A program made the position numbers and the translations under genes. Below the pieces are notes generated by a model that had not been told where the DNA came from, ran no database searches, and was given only the letters and a program-made list of their open reading frames with translations. This document shows, piece after piece, positions 12,885-25,549 of a stretch of 64,000 nucleotides of DNA. Source of the stretch: Heterodontus francisci (lineage: Eukaryota); assembly GCF_036365525.1 (NCBI RefSeq), contig NC_090418.1, forward strand, positions 10,788,856-10,852,855. The letters run 5' to 3'. How positions within the stretch are numbered: position 1 is the stretch's first letter; each line of letters opens with the position of its first letter.

Positions 12885-14340
12885 ACAGCTAACATTTTCC
12901 AGTCCTTACTGGATCCAGGTGTGGTGCCAGAGGACGGGAGAATTTCTAACGTTGTACCTCTGTTTAAAAAGAGAGCGAGGGACAGACTGAATAATTAAGG
13001 CCAGTCAGTCTAACCTCAGTAGTGGGCAAACTATTGGAATCTATTCTGAGAGACAAGATAAACTGTCACTTAGAAAGGCACAGATTAATCAAAGATAATC
13101 AGTATAGATTTGTTAAGGGAAGATCTTGTTTGATCAACTGGATCAAATTTTTTGAAGAAGTAGTGCAGTTGATGTGGTCTACATGGATTTTAGCAAGGTT
13201 TTTGACAAGGTCCCACATGGCAGACTGGTTAAAAAAATAAAATGCCATGGGATCCAGGGAAATGCAGCAAGGTGGATACAGAATTGTCTCAGTGGCAGGA
13301 AACAAAGGGTAATTGTTGACGGCTATTTTCACGACTGGAGGGCTGTTTCCAGTGGCATTCCGCAGGGTTCAGTGCTGGGTCCCCTGCATTTTGTGATATA
13401 TGTTAACAATTTGGACGTAAATGTAGGGGGCATGATCAAGAAGTTTGCAGACGACACAGAGATTGGCCGTGTAGTAGATAGCGAGGAGGATAGCTTAGGC
13501 TGCAGGAAGATATTGATGGTCTGGTCAGATGGGCAGAAAAGCGGCAAATGGAATTCAACTTGGAGAAGTGTGAGGTGATGCATTTGAGGAGGTCAAACAA
13601 GTCGAAGGAACACACGAATAGTGGGAAAATACTGAGGAGTGTAGAGGAAATGTGGGACCTTGGGGTGAATGTCCACAGATCCCTGAAGGTCGCAGGACAG
13701 GTCGATAAGGTGGTAAAGAAGGCATATGGAATCCTTTCCTTTATTAGCTAATGTCTAGAATATAAGAGCAGGGAGGTTATGCTGGAACTGTATAACTCAT
13801 TGGTTAGGGCACAACTTGAGTACTGTGTGCAGTTCTGGTCACCTCATTACAGAAAGGATGAAATTGCACTAGAGAAGGTACAGAGGAGATTTACGAGGAT
13901 GTTGCCAGGACTGGAAAAATGCAGCTATGTGGAAAGATTGGATAGTCTGGGGTTGTTCTCCTTGGAACAGAGAAGGCTGAGGGGAGATCTGATTGAAATG
14001 TACAAAATTGTGAGGGGCCTGGATAGAGTGGAGGTGAAGGGTCTGTTCACCTTAGCAGAGAGGTCAGTGACGGAGCATAGATATAAAGTGATTGGTAGAA
14101 AAATTAGAGGGGAGATGAGGAAAAACTTTTTCACCCAGAGGGTGCTGGGTGTCTGGAACTCACTGCCTGAAAGGGTAGTAGAGGCAGAAACCCTCAACTC
14201 ATTCAAAAGGAATCTCAAGTGCCGTAATCTGCAGGGCTACGGACCAAATGCTGGAAGGTGGGATTAGAATGGGTGGATCGTTTTCTGGCCAGCACAGACT
14301 CGATGGGCCAAGTGGCCTCTTTCTGTGCCTTAAACTTTCT
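12885..14340 (+). mobile_element. 5'-truncated CR1 LINE (RT and 3' UTR); same insertion as 61150-62527
   Basis: DFSKVFDKVPH, GIPQGSVLGP, KFADD, YCVQFWSPHYRKD; frameshifted. Confidence 0.92.
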
Positions 14341-14346
14341 AATGTG

Positions 14347-15130
14347 ACGTCCAGCACAGCTTGAGTGGAATCGGAGAGCTCCTTTTTGGGTCCATTTCCC
14401 TATTCTCTGCTGACACTGTTACACCAGTTCAGCCCTGCCACCCTGGAAAACCATTACACAGAACAGCAATGGTTTATTCATCAATGCACCTGCACTCACA
14501 TCAAGTCGGAAACTTTTATTTCTCTCCCCCCTTCCCCCTCCCCCCAGGATATACTTTGAAGAAACATTCTGGGTTGTGCCCAACACTTGTCTTGTGAAGG
14601 TTTATGTTCTTCAGATCTGAATAGAGTCAATTTGTGATGATGATCTTCAGTGTGAATACAATTAGTTGGTTTTGTCTGACCATCTCGATCACTCTTTTGG
14701 TTACAGAGGCTTTGCCAATAATATCAGGAGTGACATTAGGAGGGTGATAAGTTTTATTTAATTTAAACATTTATATCGAATTTCATTCCACTGTACTATT
14801 GTTACGTACACTAGGACCTCTCGTGAATATTGGGGCCTAGGAATTGTCTGTAACTTGGAGTTGATGACATTATAATGGGCGGTTGCTTTAGGGCAATGCA
14901 GTAACTAGGGAGACAGCCCATAATGGAGCAATTAATACCCAGAGCAGTGGGAGAAGCAACAAGAGTCTATTAAATGACAACCCTCAGACTGGGGTCTCTC
15001 AGAGAAACTGTTCAAACTTACTTCAACATAGCAAATTAGCCTCGCAGCTCAGACCATCGTACAGCTGGAGTCAGGGACAGATGTGATAGGGAGAGTTTGT
15101 TCAGTGCTTGGAAAATGCTCTGCCGTCGAT
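14347..15130 (+). repeat. Duplicated non-coding block upstream of ZP3 units (paralogs: 51610-52392 inverted, 63567-63950, diverged 35830-36240 plus 38400-38790)
   Basis: Near-identical sequence; the incidental ORFs 14361-14597 and 52143-52379 differ by one residue. Confidence 0.85.
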
Positions 15131-15145
15131 CATCACTGTCGTATT

Positions 15146-18100
15146 TAAAGGACTGCTCGGGTATAAAATTGAAACCCGACCCGACCTGACCACACCCAAC
15201 CCGAACCCGACCCGGGCCTGAGTCCTTTAATTCTTTATCGTTCCTGACCCGACCCGACCCGACTATCGAAACAAAGTTAATGATATCAAACAGGTTATTG
15301 TGCTCTACCTTGTCCAGATGTTGTGATCCGGTTAATCCGTTCCGGCAGCAGACTATCCTGCAGGTGGAGTTGCGGGGAATCTTATCCTGATCCCGTCACC
15401 AGGAATCAACGCCCCAACCCCAACTTTCACACACGAGCACTTTGTGGCCGAGTTCCTTGGGTAGTGATCATGGGGTACAGACGGAGTGATTTTCTTACCC
15501 CCTCCCTTTTGTAGTCAATGCAGTTTTCGGAGGGTTGTAGGGATGTAGAGATTTGGAGTTGGGTGGGTGGGTGTGCAAGGCTATGAAGATTTAAACATGA
15601 GCAACACAGAGGCCAATTATTTTCCTACTGTTACTCCTAAGCTCAGTGAATTCAATACAGGGAGATTGGACTGGAAGCTAAATTTCAGTGAAAGGAAAGA
15701 TTGATTGATTGGAAAAATGGCAGATCAGAGAGCAGGCTTTCCCAGTGCTGTTTGATTGTTATTGTACAGTCCTGTAGATTCCCAGTGCTGTCTGATCATT
15801 AGTCTGCAGCACTGCAGATCTGCAGTACTGTTTGATTGAAGACTTCTGGTTGATCAGCTTGCACATAATGGCCAGTACCTCAACTAGCCTACAAACCAAA
15901 AATTAAAACAGATATGTTAGTGTTGACAAAGTATGTTGAACAATTTCTAGCATTGACATTTAATACAATTTTACATAAAGGTTAATATCACTATAAAAAA
16001 AAAAAAATTCTGACTCTAGATTATTTGATGCCATGGGTGAATCTCAACCCTCCAAAGCTTTCAGTGTCCACCTGTCCTTTGAGATCTTTGTAAGTTTTTG
16101 TAGCACTGCCAGATAAACAATCAGCAAGTGCTGCTTGTTAATTGCTTTTACACACTGGACTGTCTTGTTCCCTTGTAAGATTACCGTTCAGTCTTAGAAG
16201 AGATAAAACTTCCCAAAAGCCCTGATTTGAAGTATTAAAATGAAAAACAAATAATCTAACAGCGATCAAGTACAGTTATGTATTTATTGAACATCTTTCT
16301 CCCGACTTCTTGAGTATATAAAATTAAAGATCCCACCTCTAGGAGCTGAACTAACTTTCAAATACACACGGTATTTCTCTTTTCTGTCAGAAATATCAGC
16401 CTGTCTCTTCTGGGACTTTCAAACAACGTCTTGACTCCCTCATGATTTATTAGCAATCTTTATGAGATTCTCCATTTTCTCTCTACAAAGAAAGACTTGC
16501 TCTTCTCCAGCACCTTTCACAACCTCAGAACGTCCCAAACCACTTTCCACCCAGTGAAGGTCTTTGTGAATTGTACTCACTGTTGTAAAGTCGGAAACGC
16601 AGCAGCCATTGCCCACAGCAATCTCCCACAAACAGCACCGTGATAATAACCAGATAAAACCGAAAGAAATCGCGTCAAACCGTAGATTAAAAAGAAAACA
16701 AATAGCCGACTCTCAACGAAGCACCCAATAGGCAGTTAGGTGAACATTTAATTTAGTAGTCTCAGTTACAGACATAGCAAGTAAGTAGTCTCAGTTACAG
16801 ACATGGCAAAAAATAAGAAAAGAACAAAAGGTGTTATAAATTGTCATGTATAAAAAGAATAGAGTGAACAGTGGAAGGCAAGTGCAGTCCTCCGCTGGTC
16901 GATTGTCCTTCCAGCTACGCTGAAGTTCCTCTCACAGCTGCCACTGCTCGCTGGAATGCAAAGTATACTTCTAGCCAGCCTGGCCAATTTAGAGTATGCA
17001 ACACTGTGTTCCTTTCACCAACCCAACATATTACACTCGCTTGCCATCGCCAACACAGCGGGCCTCTGTGCTGTGTACTGCTGCACTTCATCATTTGTGT
17101 CCACTTCTTCATGAACATTCTCCCATTCGGCAAATTCAGTCCGTGCTTTCTCGGCAGCTGTAGGTTTATTGTCAATTACTTTTGTTTCCTTCACAGGGTC
17201 TTCTCTTTTAAAGTTGTTGATGAGTCTGTACACTTCAGAATGAACTTCGTCCCTATCATGGCTGGACAACATTAGCAGCTGATTAAATTTAGGGCTGAGA
17301 AATGTTGCTATCTTGTGCACATCATTTACTTAAACTTTCGTCAGAAGCCACTCTCTGTGCCGTTGCCTGACAACTGCTTGCATTGAAATATCTGAAGAAA
17401 GTGGCATACAGAGTCGGTTAAGTTTCTCAAACCATGGAATGACCAGGTCCAATGTAGGATACGGGTCTCCCTCGAGTTCCCTCTGAGCTTCATAAAAGAG
17501 TCAGAGGAAATCAACCAAAAACTGCAAGACACCGGGGGCGATGTTTTCCAGCCTGGAGTTTTCCCCACGCTGTTCCAGTTTCTTGTGCAGCTCATGATAA
17601 ATATCCTGAATTGAATTCAGTGTCAGTTACACAGTACTGTACCTCCTTTCTCCCATTGGATTTAAAGTTTTAGACAACTGTGTAGCAAGACCAGACTGTT
17701 TAACGTTTGTCACCAAGGCTTTGGTATGATCTATAGTTTCTGCAACATCCGGAGCTTCGGAAGCTAATTCCTTTGGATCATGTGAATGTGGAAGGAGCGG
17801 GTCATATATGTGGTCGTGACAATCCAGATGTTGATGTGGTCTAAGAGCAAGCACTATGTTAGCGCATTGATCTATCACCCAGATTAATTTATTCCAATTT
17901 TCTGGGTCGAGTCCAAAAGTATTCACGAGCAGCTTTAAAATCTCACGCCTGATGTTTTGGCGTCTTTCAATGAAAACATTACTGTTGTTAAACATTAAGT
18001 TTAAAATCTACTGTGACACAATGACAAGTTATCGACAGATAATGGATTTTAAGGTAGTCATCCGTCCACAGGTCAGTTGTCATTCCCACATTCACATCCT

Positions 18101-18885
18101 TTAGTAATCTGAGAAATTAATTGTTTTCTATTTTCTTCAGCCACATCACGACACCTTCTTGAAACTGTACTTGGATTTGGTAACACACTTGATGCTGATA
18201 CTCGACCGTATGTAACACTCACGTTGATAAGCTCTTGTGCTAGCTGAACAAACCCTTCACCAGAGACATGTGTCGGGTTCGGGTCGAGTGTTGGAAAGGT
18301 CGAATGTCCTTGCAACAGAGACTCACGCATGTGTCTGTCATTTCTGATTTCTTGTGAGCGGCTATGTTTATTTCACTCTTTTGTGCAAACGAGGTTAGGT
18401 ACGACTGAGTTGGCCCTGCTGCGGGTCGAGTGCAACCTTTTTCAATGTGCTGCTGCAAAGGTGACATATTTTAGTAGACGTTTGCAAGATTTGCATTGTA
18501 CAAATCCACTTGAATTTTTACTATTGCGGAAAACAACAGCATTGAAAAGTTTCCAAACAGAAGATTTATCTTTTCCAGCTACAGGACTTTCCACTGCGAA
18601 ACATTTCCAGGAGACAGCATTCATTTTACATCTACAGAGCACTGTAGTGTAGAATCAGCTGTGGCTGTATGGAATCTACAGCATGAGCGCAATGACATCA
18701 TAGAGACGCTCACTACAGCGTGCGGAGTCTGGACTACACGTTTCCTGCCTTGACCGTAATGTTGAATTGAAGATTACTTCCCGGAGGCAGCAGTGTCAAG
18801 CCCAACCCGACCCCGAATGTTGGACTCGGAACAGAGACCCAACCCGAACCCGACACATGTTGTCGGGTCTAGTCGGATTCGGGCC
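15146..18885 (-). mobile_element. Decayed hAT DNA transposon, hobo/Hermes-like transposase pseudogene (about 16870-18640)
   Basis: BED finger (SSVWKLF...VQCKSCKRLLKY), CKDIRPF/VSGEGF...LPNPSTVSR, DQCANIV, CHDH, HKIATFLSPKF and a frameshifted C-terminal dimerisation domain. (CCCGA)n subterminal repeats at 15170-15265 and 18800-18880. Left TIR TAAAGGACTGCT resembles the MITE at 61685; the right TIR is absent and a LINE abuts. Confidence 0.85.
16487..16660 (-). mobile_element. Deu-SINE/L2-type 3' tail inserted in the hAT
   Basis: Minus strand tttgggacgttctgaggttgtgaaaggtgctgg...gcaagtctttcttt resembles the 3' end of SacSINE1/AmnSINE1-type elements. Confidence 0.6.
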
Positions 18886-20055
18886 TGGTATCTGATCCAT
18901 TGGTTATGGGATCGCTTAGCTCTGTCTATCGCATGTTGCTTATGCAGTTTGGCACACAGATAGTCCTCTGTTGTAGCTTCACCAGGTTGACACCTCATTT
19001 TGAGGTATGCCTGGTGCTGCTCCTGGCATGCCCTCCTGCACTCTTCATTGAACCAGGGTTGGTCTCCTGGCTTGATGGTAATGGTAGAGTGGGGGATATG
19101 CCGGGCCATGAGGTTACAGATTGTGGTTGAGTACAATTCTGCTGCTGCTGATGGCCCACAGTGCCTCATGGATGCCCAGTTTTGCATTGCTAGATCTATT
19201 CGAAATCTTTCCCATTCAGCGTGGTGATAGTGCCACACAACACGATGGAGGGTATCCTCGACGTGAAGGCGGGACTTTGTCTCCACAAGGACTGTGCAGT
19301 GGTCACTCCTACCCATACTGTCATTAACAGATGCATCTGCAGCAGGCAGATTGGTGAGGACGAGGTCAAGTATGTTTTTTCCCTCTCCAACTGCTGCAGA
19401 TGCAGTCTGGTAGCTATGTCCTTTAGGACTCGGCCAGCTCGGTCAGTAGTAGTGCTACCGACCCACTCTTGGTGATGGACTCTGAATTCTGCACCCTAGC
19501 CACTCTCAGTGCTTCTTCCAAGTGGTGTTCAACATGAAGGAGTACTGACTCATCAGCTGAGGGAGGGCAGTAGATGGTAATCAGCAGGAGGTTTCCTTGC
19601 CCATGTTTGACCTAATGCCATGAGACTTCATGGGGTCCAGAGTTGATGTTGTGGACTCCCAGGGTGACTCCCACCTCTGCTGGGTCTGTCCTGCTGGTGG
19701 GACAGGTCTTTTTCATTGACTTCGTAGCGGTTAGGTACAACGGAGTGGCTTGCTAGGCCATTTCAGAGGGCATGTAAGAGTCAACCACATTGCTGTGGGT
19801 CTGGTGTCACATGTAGGCCAGACCAGGTTAAGACAGCAGATTTCTTTCCCTAAAGGACATGAGTGAACCAGATGGGTTTTTACAACAATCGACAATGGTT
19901 TCATGGCCATCATTAGACTAGCTTTTAATTCCATATATATTAATTCAATTCAAATGTCACCGTCTGCTGTGAGGGATTCGAACCCCTGTCCCTGGAGAAA
20001 TACACTGGGTCTCTGGGTTACTAGTCCAGTGACAATACCACTAAAACATCCCTCC
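18886..20055 (-). mobile_element. 5' part of a LINE (APE endonuclease) with a tRNA-like head
   Basis: GRSDHCTVLVE..HRVVWHY..QPWFNEEC (ORF 18774-19316). Upstream on the minus strand are an A-box-like TTTTAGTGG (about 20046-20038) and B box GGTTCGAATCC (19984-19974). Same family as 29730-34182. Confidence 0.8.
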
Positions 20056-20443
20056 ACCCCTAGTATGTGAACATATGAGTGTGACAGCAGTCTGAAGACA
20101 GTGTAGTCGGATTGTACAACAGAGTTCTTCCACAATGTGATGTTTTTAAAGTTTACTTAAAAGCCCTGCGAAGCTCTGACATAGGCCAACATTGATAAAT
20201 TGTCAAAAAATGATGACTGCAAACACCAAAGAAAATAATTCTTGCCGCATGCAACTATGTTTCGTGATTTCTGGTAGCACATTAACTCTCTTTAATTCAT
20301 CAAGTAACCACTTTTGTTTTGAAAATGCATCTGAACTTTAAAGGGGATCATTTGATACAAGCTTGGGATCCATAGGTGGCAGTATGGGGCTACAGAGTCA
20401 GTGGAAATTGATCTGAAATAGTATTTGACATTTGATGACAAGT

Positions 20444-21971
20444 TCTTTTCTTTCTTTTGGGCCTCCTTATCTCGAGAGACAATGGATACGCGCCTGGAGG
20501 TGGTCAGTGGTTTGTGAAGCAGCGCCTGGAGTGGCTATAAAGGCCAATTCTGGAGTGACAGGCTCTTCCACAGGTGCTGCAGAGAAATTTGTTTGTTGGG
20601 GCTGTTGCACAGTTGGCTCTCCCCTTGCGCCTCTGTCTTTTTTCCTGCCAACTACTAAGTCTCTTCGACTCGCCACAATTTAGCCCTGTCTTTATGGCTG
20701 CCCGCCAGCTCTGGCGAATGCTGGCAACTGACTCCCACAACTTGTGATCAATGTCACATGATTTCATGTCGCGTTTGCAGACGTCTTTATAACGGAGACA
20801 TGGACGGCCGGTGGGTCTGATACCAGTGGCGAGCTCGCTGTACAATGTGTCTTTGGGGATCCTGCCATCTTCCATGCGGCTCACATGGCCAAGCCATCTC
20901 AAGCGCCGCTGACTCAGTAGTGTGTATAAGCTGGGGATGTTGGCCGCTTCAAGGACTTCTGTGTTGGAGATATAGTCCTGCCACCTGATGCCAAGTATTC
21001 TCCGAAGGCAGCGAAGATGGAATGAATTGAGACGTCGCTCTTGGCTGGCATACGTTGTCCAGGCCTCGCTTCCGTAGAGCAAGGTACTGAGGACACAGGC
21101 CTGATACACTCGGACTTTTGTGTTCCGTGTCAGTGCGCCATTTTCCCACACTCTCTTGGCCAGTCTGAACATAGCAGTGGAAGCCTTACCCATGCGCTTG
21201 TTGATTTCTGCATCTAGAGACAGGTTACTGGTGATAGTTGAGCCTAGGTAGGTGAACTCTTGAACCACTTCCAGAGCGTGGTCGCCAATATTGATGGATG
21301 GAGCATTTCTGACATCCTGCCCCATGATGTTCGTTTTCTTGAGGCTGATGGTTAGGCCAAATTCATTGCAGGCAGACGCAAACCTGTCGATGAGACTCTG
21401 CAGGCATTCTTCAGTGTGAGATGTTAAAGCAGCATCGTCAGCAAAGAGGAGTTCTCTGATGAGGACTTTCCGTACTTTGGACTTCGCTCTTAGACGGGCA
21501 AGGTTGAACAACCTGCCCCCTGATCTTGTGTGGAGGAAAATTTCCTTCTTCAGAGGATTTGAACGCATGTGAAAGCAGCAGGGAGAAGAAAATCCCAAAA
21601 AGTGTGGGTGCGAGAACACAGCCCTGTTTCACACCACTCAGGATAGGAAAGGGCTCTGATGAGGAGCCACCATGTTGAATTGTGCTTTTCATATTGTCAT
21701 GGAATGAGGTGATGATACTTAGTAGCTTTGGTGGACATCCGATCTTTTCTAGTAGTCTGAAGAGAGCACGTCTGCTGACGAGGTCAAAGGCTTTGGTGAG
21801 ATCAATGAAAGCAATGTAGAGGGGCATCTGTTGTTCACGGCATTTCTCCTGTATCTGACGAAGGGAGAACAGCATGTCAATAGTCGATCTCTCTGCACGA
21901 AAGCCACACTGTGCCTCAGGGTAGACGCGCTCGGCCAGCTTCTGGAGCCTGTTCAGAGCGACTCGAGCAAA
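20444..21971 (-). mobile_element. RTE-clade LINE, 5'-truncated, young
   Basis: FIDLTKAFDLV, GVKQGCVLAP, LLFADD, LLYGSEAW and C-terminal CSTCGRACHSRIGLYSH. One frameshift at about 21540, AAAGA-type tail, candidate TSD gacaagt (20437-20443 / 21972-21978). Confidence 0.93.
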
Positions 21972-22177
21972 GACAAGTAAGTGTCATATTATCTATCAAG
22001 GCAATGGAAATATACCATCCTGGATGGAAGAGGCTCACTTATGCTATGTTAAGGCGCAAAAGTTAAATGAACTTGCAAATGTGGATATGGGGTTTGGGAG
22101 ATTGTGTGTATATAATTTGTGTCCTTGTAACCTTTGCTGTTACTAATTCAGAACCAAATATATATACACTGTGGAAG

Positions 22178-23260
22178 CTCCACACAAGATCAGGGGGCAG
22201 GTTGTTCAACCTTGCCCGTCTAAGAGCGAAGTCCAAAGTACGGAAAGTCCTCATCAGAGAACTCCTCTTTGCTGACGATGCTGCTTTAACATCTCACACT
22301 GAAGAATGCCTGCAGAGTCTCATCGACAGGTTTGCGTCTGCCTGCAATGAATTTGGCCTAACCATCAGCCTCAAGAAAACGAACATCATGGGGCAGGATG
22401 TCAGAAATGCTCCATCCATCAATATTGGCGACCACGCTCTGGAAGTGGTTCAAGAGTTCACCTACCTAGGCTCAACTATCACCAGTAACCTGTCTCTAGA
22501 TGCAGAAATCAACAAGCGCATGGGTAAGGCTTCCACTGCTATGTTCAGACTGGCCAAGAGAGTGTGGGAAAATGGCGCACTGACACGGAACACAAAAGTC
22601 CGAGTGTATCAGGCCTGTGTCCTCAGTACCTTGCTCTACGGCAGCGAGGCCTGGACAACGTATGCCAGCCAAGAGCGACGTCTCAATTCATTCCATCTTC
22701 GCTGCCTTCGGAGAATACTTGGCATCAGGTGGCAGGACTATATCTCCAACACAGAAGTCCTTGAAGCGGCCAACATCCCCAGCTTATACACACTACTGAG
22801 TCAGCGGCGCTTGAGATGGCTTGGCCATGTGAGCCGCATGGAAGATGGCAGGATCCCCAAAGACACATTGTACAGCGAGCTCGCCACTGGTATCAGACCC
22901 ACCGGCCGTCCATGTCTCCGTTATAAAGACGTCTGCAAACGCGACATGAAATCGTGTGACATTGATCACAAGTCGTGGGAGTCAGTTGCCAGCATTCGCC
23001 AGAGCTGGCGGGCAGCCATAAAGACAGGGCTAAATTGTGGCGAGTCGAAGAGACTTAGTAGTTGGCAGGAAAAAAGACAGAGGCGCAAGGGGAGAGCCAA
23101 CTGTGCAACAGCCCCAACAAACAAATTTCTCTGCAGCACCTGTGGAAGAGCCTGTCACTCCAGAATTGGCCTTTATAGCCACTCCAGGCGCTGCTTCACA
23201 AACCACTGACCACCTCCAGGCGCGTATCCATTGTCTCTCGAGATAAGGAGGCCCAAAAGA
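22178..23260 (+). mobile_element. RTE-clade LINE, 5'-truncated, near-identical inverted partner of the previous copy
   Basis: Same protein from HTRSGGRLFN to the stop, with one aa difference (L/S). Imperfect TSD atatatacactgtggaag / atatatacacctggaag. Confidence 0.93.
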
Positions 23261-23299
23261 ATATATACACCTGGAAGTTGCATCTTATGCTGATTTATT

Positions 23300-24130
23300 A
23301 GAGAATCACCCTGCCACACAGACCCACCCCCAACTACTCATCTATGCCACCCACCTCTGTTCCCTCAACCCTATCCCCTCTATACGGACCACGCACCCTC
23401 CTGTCCTTTCACCGCCCCCCCCCATGTTAAGAGATAATACTCCCTTCTCCAGTACAGTCCCCTCCCTTTCAGATCTGAAATCATCCCACCCCCCCAAAAA
23501 AGCCTGACCTCTTCGTTCTTGTAATCTACCTCCATTACTAACCTCCCTTTTCCTCTCCAACATCCTCAACCATTTCACCTCCCCACATGTGCCCATCTTT
23601 CCTAGAACTCCATGTTTGAATGTCTCCAAACAGGTTTCTATCCTGACCACTGCACTAAAACAACTTTTAAATCAAAGTCAATGGAATGTTGCAACTCTAA
23701 TCTATTCCTTATCCTCCTTTACTCACGCACAGCCTTTGCCATGGATGACCACACCCAACATCTCTCCATTATCCTACTGATTGGACCCAGGCAAGAAGAG
23801 TCCATTCAGTTATAGCTAGACAATCACCTGCAATGGATTCTCTACCTGCCTCAGCACCATTACTGCTGGTGTATGCCAAGGATTTATCCTCAGCAACACC
23901 CCTCCTCCCCACCTTGCCTCGCCAGGATTATCCAAAAGTCTAGTTCCACATCTATGTGGACAATATCCAGCTCTATCTCACCACCACCCTTCAACTATAT
24001 AAATTTGACAAATGCTTATGATATCTAATACCAGATGAGCTGAAATTTCCTCCAATTAAAAGTGGGAGAAACCAATTTCATTGCCACCAGTCCCTGCCTC
24101 AAATTCCATTCATTAACCAGCAACTCCACC
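23300..24130 (+). mobile_element. Old L2-like LINE fragment
   Basis: Pyrimidine-rich; degenerate ggtgtatgccaagga and ttccacatctatgtggacaatatccagctctat RT motifs. Confidence 0.55.
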
Positions 24131-25549
24131 CTGCTCGCTGGCAGCTGAGGCTGAACTGGACTTACAACACAATCTACTAAGAAAAAATGTATTTCTTCCC
24201 TGTACTAGAGTCTTCAGACCACAGTTGGAGAAATTCCCTTTCGGATCAAGTTTGTAACTCCACCCAATTTCAACCCCATTTAGTTTTAGGGCAATTGGTT
24301 CCCAATGGGAAAGATTAACTGAAATTGGAGCCTTTTGGGACTCAATGACCACAGCACCATGGGAGTAACTTGGGAAATGGAGGAGGCCATTCAGCCCCAC
24401 TAGGTCAGATAGACCCATGAACTGCACATTGAAACTGATGTTAATGGTACTGAGATGACAATGGACATGTACTTAATCTCCAAGAGGTTGCAAGGCAGGA
24501 GGAAGGAGATTAAGATTTGTCCTACCTTGTGTGATTAAGTGTTCCAATTTCACTCCTCAATGGCCTGACTCAAGTTCAGGTTCCCTTATTCTCAATTCCC
24601 CTTGGAATCAGCTTCCTGACACCTACTCTACCAACACTAAAGCACCTCAATCAGATCATCCCTGTCTTCTACACAAGAACTTGCTTCAAGCTCCAGTATT
24701 CAGTCTGGTTAATCCCCTCAGAACCAGTTGATTCTTTGATGTTCAAAACTCTACAGAAATCCAGATGAGAGTCTGGAAAACTGAAATGTCACATTCCTCC
24801 GATTGAGAGGAGGCATCATATCCTAGATTGCTGTTGACTCAGATCCTAGTTCTTCTCGACAAGATTTTTTTTCTTGCTCGAGTCCAAATTCCTGTATTGA
24901 TGACTCAGTTTTGCCCACTCCTCAATTTATGCTCGAGGCAACTTTCTGCTCTCATCTGTAAACTTGTGCAAGAGAGTTGTCTATCCAAGGCAAACAAATT
25001 CAGGCACCAGAATCAGATTCCCAAGGACCAGAACAGGCCACACTGCCAACTGGATGATCTACTCTTGATCCCCACTGCTCATTCCCCCCAATAAAGTCAA
25101 GACAATTATTGAAAGCCCTCAAACTCCATGGGAGATCTAGACAGCCTTAGTGACTAAACAGTCAATCTTTTTTGGATACCTCTCGCTAGCTCCCAGATCA
25201 CTTAGTTGGAACTATACTAGTCCCCACAATAGACAGCTTTGTTACTGGATGCTCAGAATTGGTGATTAAAACATTTAAGGGCAAATTATACTGACCAAAT
25301 TAAAATCATGTTCACTGGGCTACACTTGTGCCCAATGGTTGCAGCAAACTTTAAAATTTATCAATAGACAGTTTGCCCCCTCTCCAGGGAGGCTGGGGTG
25401 CAAAAAACCATGAAGGAAGCAGCCCAAATAAAAACACTAGCTCCATCCAGCCGAAGAAGTCCCTACATCTGCAAATACACCTCCTGCACACTGGAGATCA
25501 AGACTGAATTGCAGGAGCTGCCACTTCAAGGAGTGTTAATTTCACTACA

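Noticed and set aside
14361-14597. ORF MSGIGELL... repeated three times (also 52143 and 63581)
   Set aside because: Explained by recent duplication; the diverged paralog at about 35830-36240 does not keep the frame, and no domain or splice pattern is evident.
15739-15840. Short tandem repeat of about 40 bp (and a 29-bp duplication at about 16755-16810)
   Set aside because: Only 2-3 degenerate units inside a TE, with no sign of function.
22067-23209. 380-aa ORF with a hydrophobic N-terminus as a possible domesticated RTE fusion gene
   Set aside because: The N-terminal 37 codons are chance open flank (paralogous to non-coding 7150-7270), and the rest is an unmodified truncated RTE.
20444-23260. 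Twin-priming inversion as the origin of the inverted RTE pair
   Set aside because: Both copies contain the same 3' end and tail and have separate candidate TSDs; twin priming gives non-overlapping segments.
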